From Pristiophorus japonicus (taxonomy: Eukaryota): a stretch of DNA of 64,000 nucleotides. The notes below the pieces were generated by a model. It was given only the letters and a program-made list of their open reading frames with translations. It did no database searches and had not been told where the DNA came from. Of the stretch, positions 59,641 to 64,000 are shown piece after piece. The position numbers and the translations under genes were made by a program. The stretch covers positions 317,564,001 to 317,628,000 of the forward strand of contig NC_091979.1 of the NCBI RefSeq assembly GCF_044704955.1, written 5' to 3'. Positions within the stretch are counted from its first letter, which is position 1; every line of letters starts with the position of its first letter.

Positions 59641-60444
59641 GCATCTCAGATTGAAGGCAGTCACGGCATGTACAGGGTTAAGATTAAGTCTTGGCAGCTG
59701 ATTCATCAAGCTTTGTGGAATTTTCCATCACTGAGGGAAGACGATGGAGGAGACAATTTGACATACTTCAGTTACTTCCAATGTGAAGCACCCTGTTTGA
59801 AGTAGACACCAGAATTACTGCTTGAGAACGAGAAAGATTTGTTCTATAATTGGTTCCATTGCTGTGTGTAACCCCATCTCTTCTGTTATTATTAGTGGAT
59901 TTCAAAGTGGGGTCATGTGCTTTGGAGGCAGACAAATCGTTGAATACATAAGATTTAAATTCAAACAAACTAGTCTCTCATGATTGCCTCAGGGTGAAGG
60001 TGTCGTGCATTGTCCATTCACCATTGGGTTAATTTTCTGGAATCACACAGCACTGTACTTTGAGGAGACAAAAGTATTTTGCTTGCTGTACCTCTGCCTG
60101 TGAGCTTCAACTCAGTGAGCCCTTGATTAGAGGTGGGTACGGTGCCTGCCCAGTACCAAAAAATACAGCATGGGGCCTGGAAGGACCCAAGAACCTGAGA
60201 GGTTATTGTTTCTCATATAATATGCTCTGCCAATTTTTCCATTCTTCCCCTCTCCTGAAGGAGTTGCCTCATCAGTGGTACAGTCCCGTGGGCACTGGAC
60301 ATCCTCCAATACCTTAAAACCAGTTTCCAGCATTGCACATACCTCCAGAAAAAGGATGAAACTTCCAGGGGCTGCTTTTCCAATCGGTCTAAGTATGATG
60401 TGAGGCCTCTGCAGCCTCCCCCAATGTTAGGTTCTTCCATTGTC

Positions 60445-63125
60445 CGAATCCTCTGGACCAACGGCGAGAGCGGGATCAGGGCAGCAGAGGGCATGGGGAT
60501 AAAATCAGCAGTGACCGAGACCAATGGCAAGAGTGGGATCAGAGGAGCAGCGGTGGTTGGGATAAAACCATCGAGCTGGGAGTAGAGTGAACGGACCTGT
60601 GAGGGGGGAAATCAGTGTGACATCACAGGAAAGCAGGTAAGTTATTGGTTGGAGAGGATTTCTGGTTTATTGTCTTTTTTTCTAAACTATGGCATTGGTT
60701 TAAATTAAGAGCCCTGAGTGTAGATTTGAAAAATTCCGAGATAATTGATATTTCAAAACTTGAAAACCTAATTAGCTAAATAAAATACAATCGAGATGGC
60801 AGGGCAGGCGATGTATTGCAGCTGTAGCATGTGGGAGCTGCTGGACACCGGTGTGATCCATAGTGACCACATGCGCAGTAAATGTTGGCAGCTGGAGGAC
60901 ATTCGGCTCAGAGTTGATGAGCTGGAGTCCGAGCTGCAGACATTGTGATAGATCAGGGAGGGGAGAGTTATCTGGACACTTTGTTCAAGGAAGCAGTCAC
61001 ACCCCTTAGGTTAAATACTTGAAATTTGTTCTGTGGTCAGGGACAGGAGGGTGTGACTACGAGCGAGGCAGGTATGGGGATCCAGAAGGTGGCATTAGAG
61101 AAGCCTCAGCCCTTGCTCTTGTCCAACAGGCACTGTGCTGTTACACCCTGTGGTGGACGGGAGCATGAACTGCAGGAAGGCTGAGCAAACTGACCAGAGC
61201 ACTGTGGTACTGGGGGCCAGTCAAGTTGGGAGAATAAAAAGGAATGTAGTGTGGTCGGGGCAGTATAGTAAGGGGAATAGATACTGTTCTCTTCAGTCGA
61301 GGGCGTGATTCAGGGTTAAGGACATCTCCTCAGGCCTGGAGAGGAACATGGAGTGGGAGGGGGTAGATCCAGTTGTTGTGGTCCACGTAGGTACCAACGA
61401 GACAGGTAGGACTAATAAAGAGGTTCTGCAGAGGGCGTATGAGCAGTTAGGGGCTAAATTAAAAAGCAGAACCACAAAGGTAATAATCTCTGGATTAAAA
61501 CCTGAGCCATGAGAAAATTGTCATATGGTCAATAAGATCAGAGAGTTGAATGCATGGCTCAAAGATTGGTGTGGGAGAAATGGGGTTTGATTCATGGGTC
61601 ACTGGCACCATTACTGAGGAAAGAGGGAGCTGTTCCATTGGGACAGGCTTCACTTGAACCATGCTGAGACCAGTGTCCTGGCCAATCAAATAACTCGGGC
61701 TGTGGATAGGGCTTTAAACTACAGAGTCGGGGGGAAGGTACAGATGAGGGGAAATTTAGAAAGTTAAAGAGAAAGGACAAGGCAATAGCGTAGGATAGCG
61801 ACAGGGGTAATGATAACCAGAGTGTGGCTGGAAGGGACAGAGCAAACTAACATCGCAGTGCCCCAGAAAATAGGGTCAGAGTAGGGAATACTTGTAAAAA
61901 GATAAAATTACAGACTCTATCTGAATGCACGCAGCATTCGTAATAAGAGAGATGAATTGACGGCACAAATGAAATAAATGGGTATCATCTGATAGCCATT
62001 GCAGAGAAGTGGTTGCAAGGTGATCAGAATGGGAACTGAATATTCAGAGTTATTTTGACATTTCTGAAGAATAAGCAGAAAGGAAAAGGAGGTAGGGTAG
62101 CTCTGTTAACAAAGGATGAGATCAGTACTGTAGTGAGAAAATATCTTGGCCCGGTAGATCAAGATGTAGAATTAGTTTGGATGGAGATAAGAAATAATAA
62201 GGGAAATATGTCACTGGTGGGAGTAGTCTATAGGACCCTAACAGTAGCTACACTGTAGGACAGAGTATAAATCAAGAAATAATGGGGGTTTGTAATTTAA
62301 ATAAAAGCAATTACAAACGTATGAAGACAGAGTTGGCTAAAGGGGACTGGGAAAATAGATTAAAATGTAAAATTTTAGATAAGCAGTGGCAGGCATTTAA
62401 GGAGATATTTCATAATTCTCAACAAAGATATAATCCAGTGAGAAAGAATCTACAAGAAGGATGAACAATGCATGTCTAACTAAGGAAGTTAAGGATGGTA
62501 TCAAATTGAAAGAAAAGGCATACAATGTTGTGAAGATTAGTGGTAGGCCAGAATATTGGGAACTTTTTAGAAACTAGCAAAGGATGACTAAAAACATAAT
62601 AAAGAGGGAGACAATTAATTATGAGAGTAAATTTGCAAGAAATATAAAAACAGACAATAAGAGCTTCTACAAGTGTATAAAAAGGAAGAGAATAGCTGAA
62701 CTAAATGTTGATCGCTTAGAGGATGAGACTAGGGAATTAGTAATGGGAAAAAAGGAAATGTCAGAGACTTTGAACAAATATTTTGTATCTGTCTTCATGG
62801 TAGGAGACAGTAAAAGCATCCCAATAATATTGGATAATCAAGGGGCAAAAGGGAGGGAGGAACTTAAAACAATCACTATCACTAGAGAAAAAGTACTAGG
62901 CAAACTAATGGGACTAAAGGCTGACAAGTCCCCTGGACCTGATGACCTGCATCCTAGGGTCTTAAAATAAGTGGCTGCAGAGATAGTGGATGCATTGGTT
63001 GTAATCTTCCAAATTTCCCTAGATTCTGTAAAGGACACAGCAGATTGGAGGGAGACAGAAAGCAGGAAAATATAGGCCAGTTAGCCTAATATCTGTCATT
63101 AGGATAATGCTGCAATCCATTATTC
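60445..63125 (+). mobile_element. Old CR1 with 5' UTR, ORF1 (Zn-finger/coiled-coil, SGNH esterase) and ORF2 remnants
   Basis: 'CSMWELLD...CWQLEDIRLRVDELESEL' at about 60820; 'VVVHVGTNETG' at about 61375; 'GKGGRVALL'; 'KSPGPDDLHPRVLK'. Confidence 0.85.
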
Positions 63126-63460
63126 ATCATAGGCGGTCCCTCGTATTGAGGATAATTTGCTTCCACGCCAATAACGGATGAGTTCACAGGTGTTTCAATG
63201 AAGGACCCAGTATTCCAGGTTCCCGAACTGCATCCTGAAGGGTGGAAGATGCCTCTTTGTGGATTTTTTCACTGTGTGGTGGCCGTTGCACACCAGCCAC
63301 CACACGGGCTTGACAGAGCTAGGTCTTGGTCCAGTGACAAGGATTAACCAAGACGGCTGGAGACCAGCTCTGCTGCATGGACCTAGTGGGCTGGCCCGTG
63401 CTACCTCTGGGCCCTCGCCTCTTCTGGGCCCTGAACCCACGCCTCTCCTTAGCTCGATCA
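63124..63460 (-). mobile_element. Short interspersed element with (ATG)n-type tail, possibly RTE-related
   Basis: Begins 'tcatcataggcggtccctcg' on plus and interrupts CR1 sequence; family assigned only by resemblance. Confidence 0.35.
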
Positions 63461-64000
63461 CATAAAGGTGCAGCAGTTATAATGGGTGACTTTAATATGC
63501 ACATAGATTGGGTTAACCAAACTGGAAGCAATACGGTGGAGGAGGATTTCCTGGAGTGCATAAGGGATGGTTTTTTAGACCAATATGTCGAGGAACCAAC
63601 TAGGGGGGAGGCCATCTTACACTGGGTGTTGTGTAATGAGAGAGGATTAATTAGCAATGGCAGACATTTAGAGACCGCATGGATGAACTAGAACAATTGT
63701 ACATTCCTGTCTGGCGTAAAAATAAAAAAGGGAAGGTGGCTCAACCGTGGCTATCAAGGGAAATCAGGGATAGTATTAAAGCCAAGGAAATGGCATACAA
63801 ATTGGCCAGAAATAGAGCGAACCCGGGGACTGGGAGAAATTTAGAACTCAGCAGAGGAGGACAAAGGGTTTGATTAGGGCAGGGAAAATGGAGTACGAGA
63901 AGAAGCTTGCAGGGAACATTAAGACGGATTGCAAAAGTTTCTACAGATATGTAAAGAGAAAAAGGTTAGTAAAGACAAACGTAGGTCCCCTGCAGTCAGA
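63461..64000 (+). mobile_element. CR1 ORF2 fragment with an internal deletion, running off the window
   Basis: AVIMGDFNMHIDW...FLDQYVEEPTR, KVAQPWLSREI; closely similar to 34040-34740. Confidence 0.9.

Overview
Vertebrate genomic DNA, most likely from a cartilaginous fish (inferred from abundant CR1/L2 LINEs with (TTCTTATG)n-type tails, Harbinger remnants and the style of the MHC-I protein). It is a repeat-dense, rearranged IFIT (interferon-induced TPR protein) locus. It holds two broken IFIT coding exons in opposite orientations (15.1-18.9 kb minus; 38.05-38.83 kb plus) and two duplicated ISRE-TATA-'ATGAG|gt' IFIT first exons (46.5 and 53.5 kb). Embedded in it is an unexpected cassette: a completely intronless MHC class I heavy-chain gene (26162-27209, one frameshifting deletion in alpha3) that keeps almost all classical peptide-anchoring residues. 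An X-Y box MHC promoter module sits 5.8 kb upstream, separated from the ATG by a 5.5-kb 40-bp minisatellite. The whole cassette lies between two blocks of the G-rich 30-bp satellite that marks the IFIT upstream region. The rest comprises a 3159-bp L2-derived macrosatellite (1-10.3 kb), CR1 LINEs, a Tx1-clade insertion into a CR1, a degenerate endogenous retrovirus, a two-LTR Gypsy element nested in a Harbinger Myb/SANT gene, and a 5.7-7 kb tandem segmental duplication. All family assignments are by eye and have not been checked against databases.
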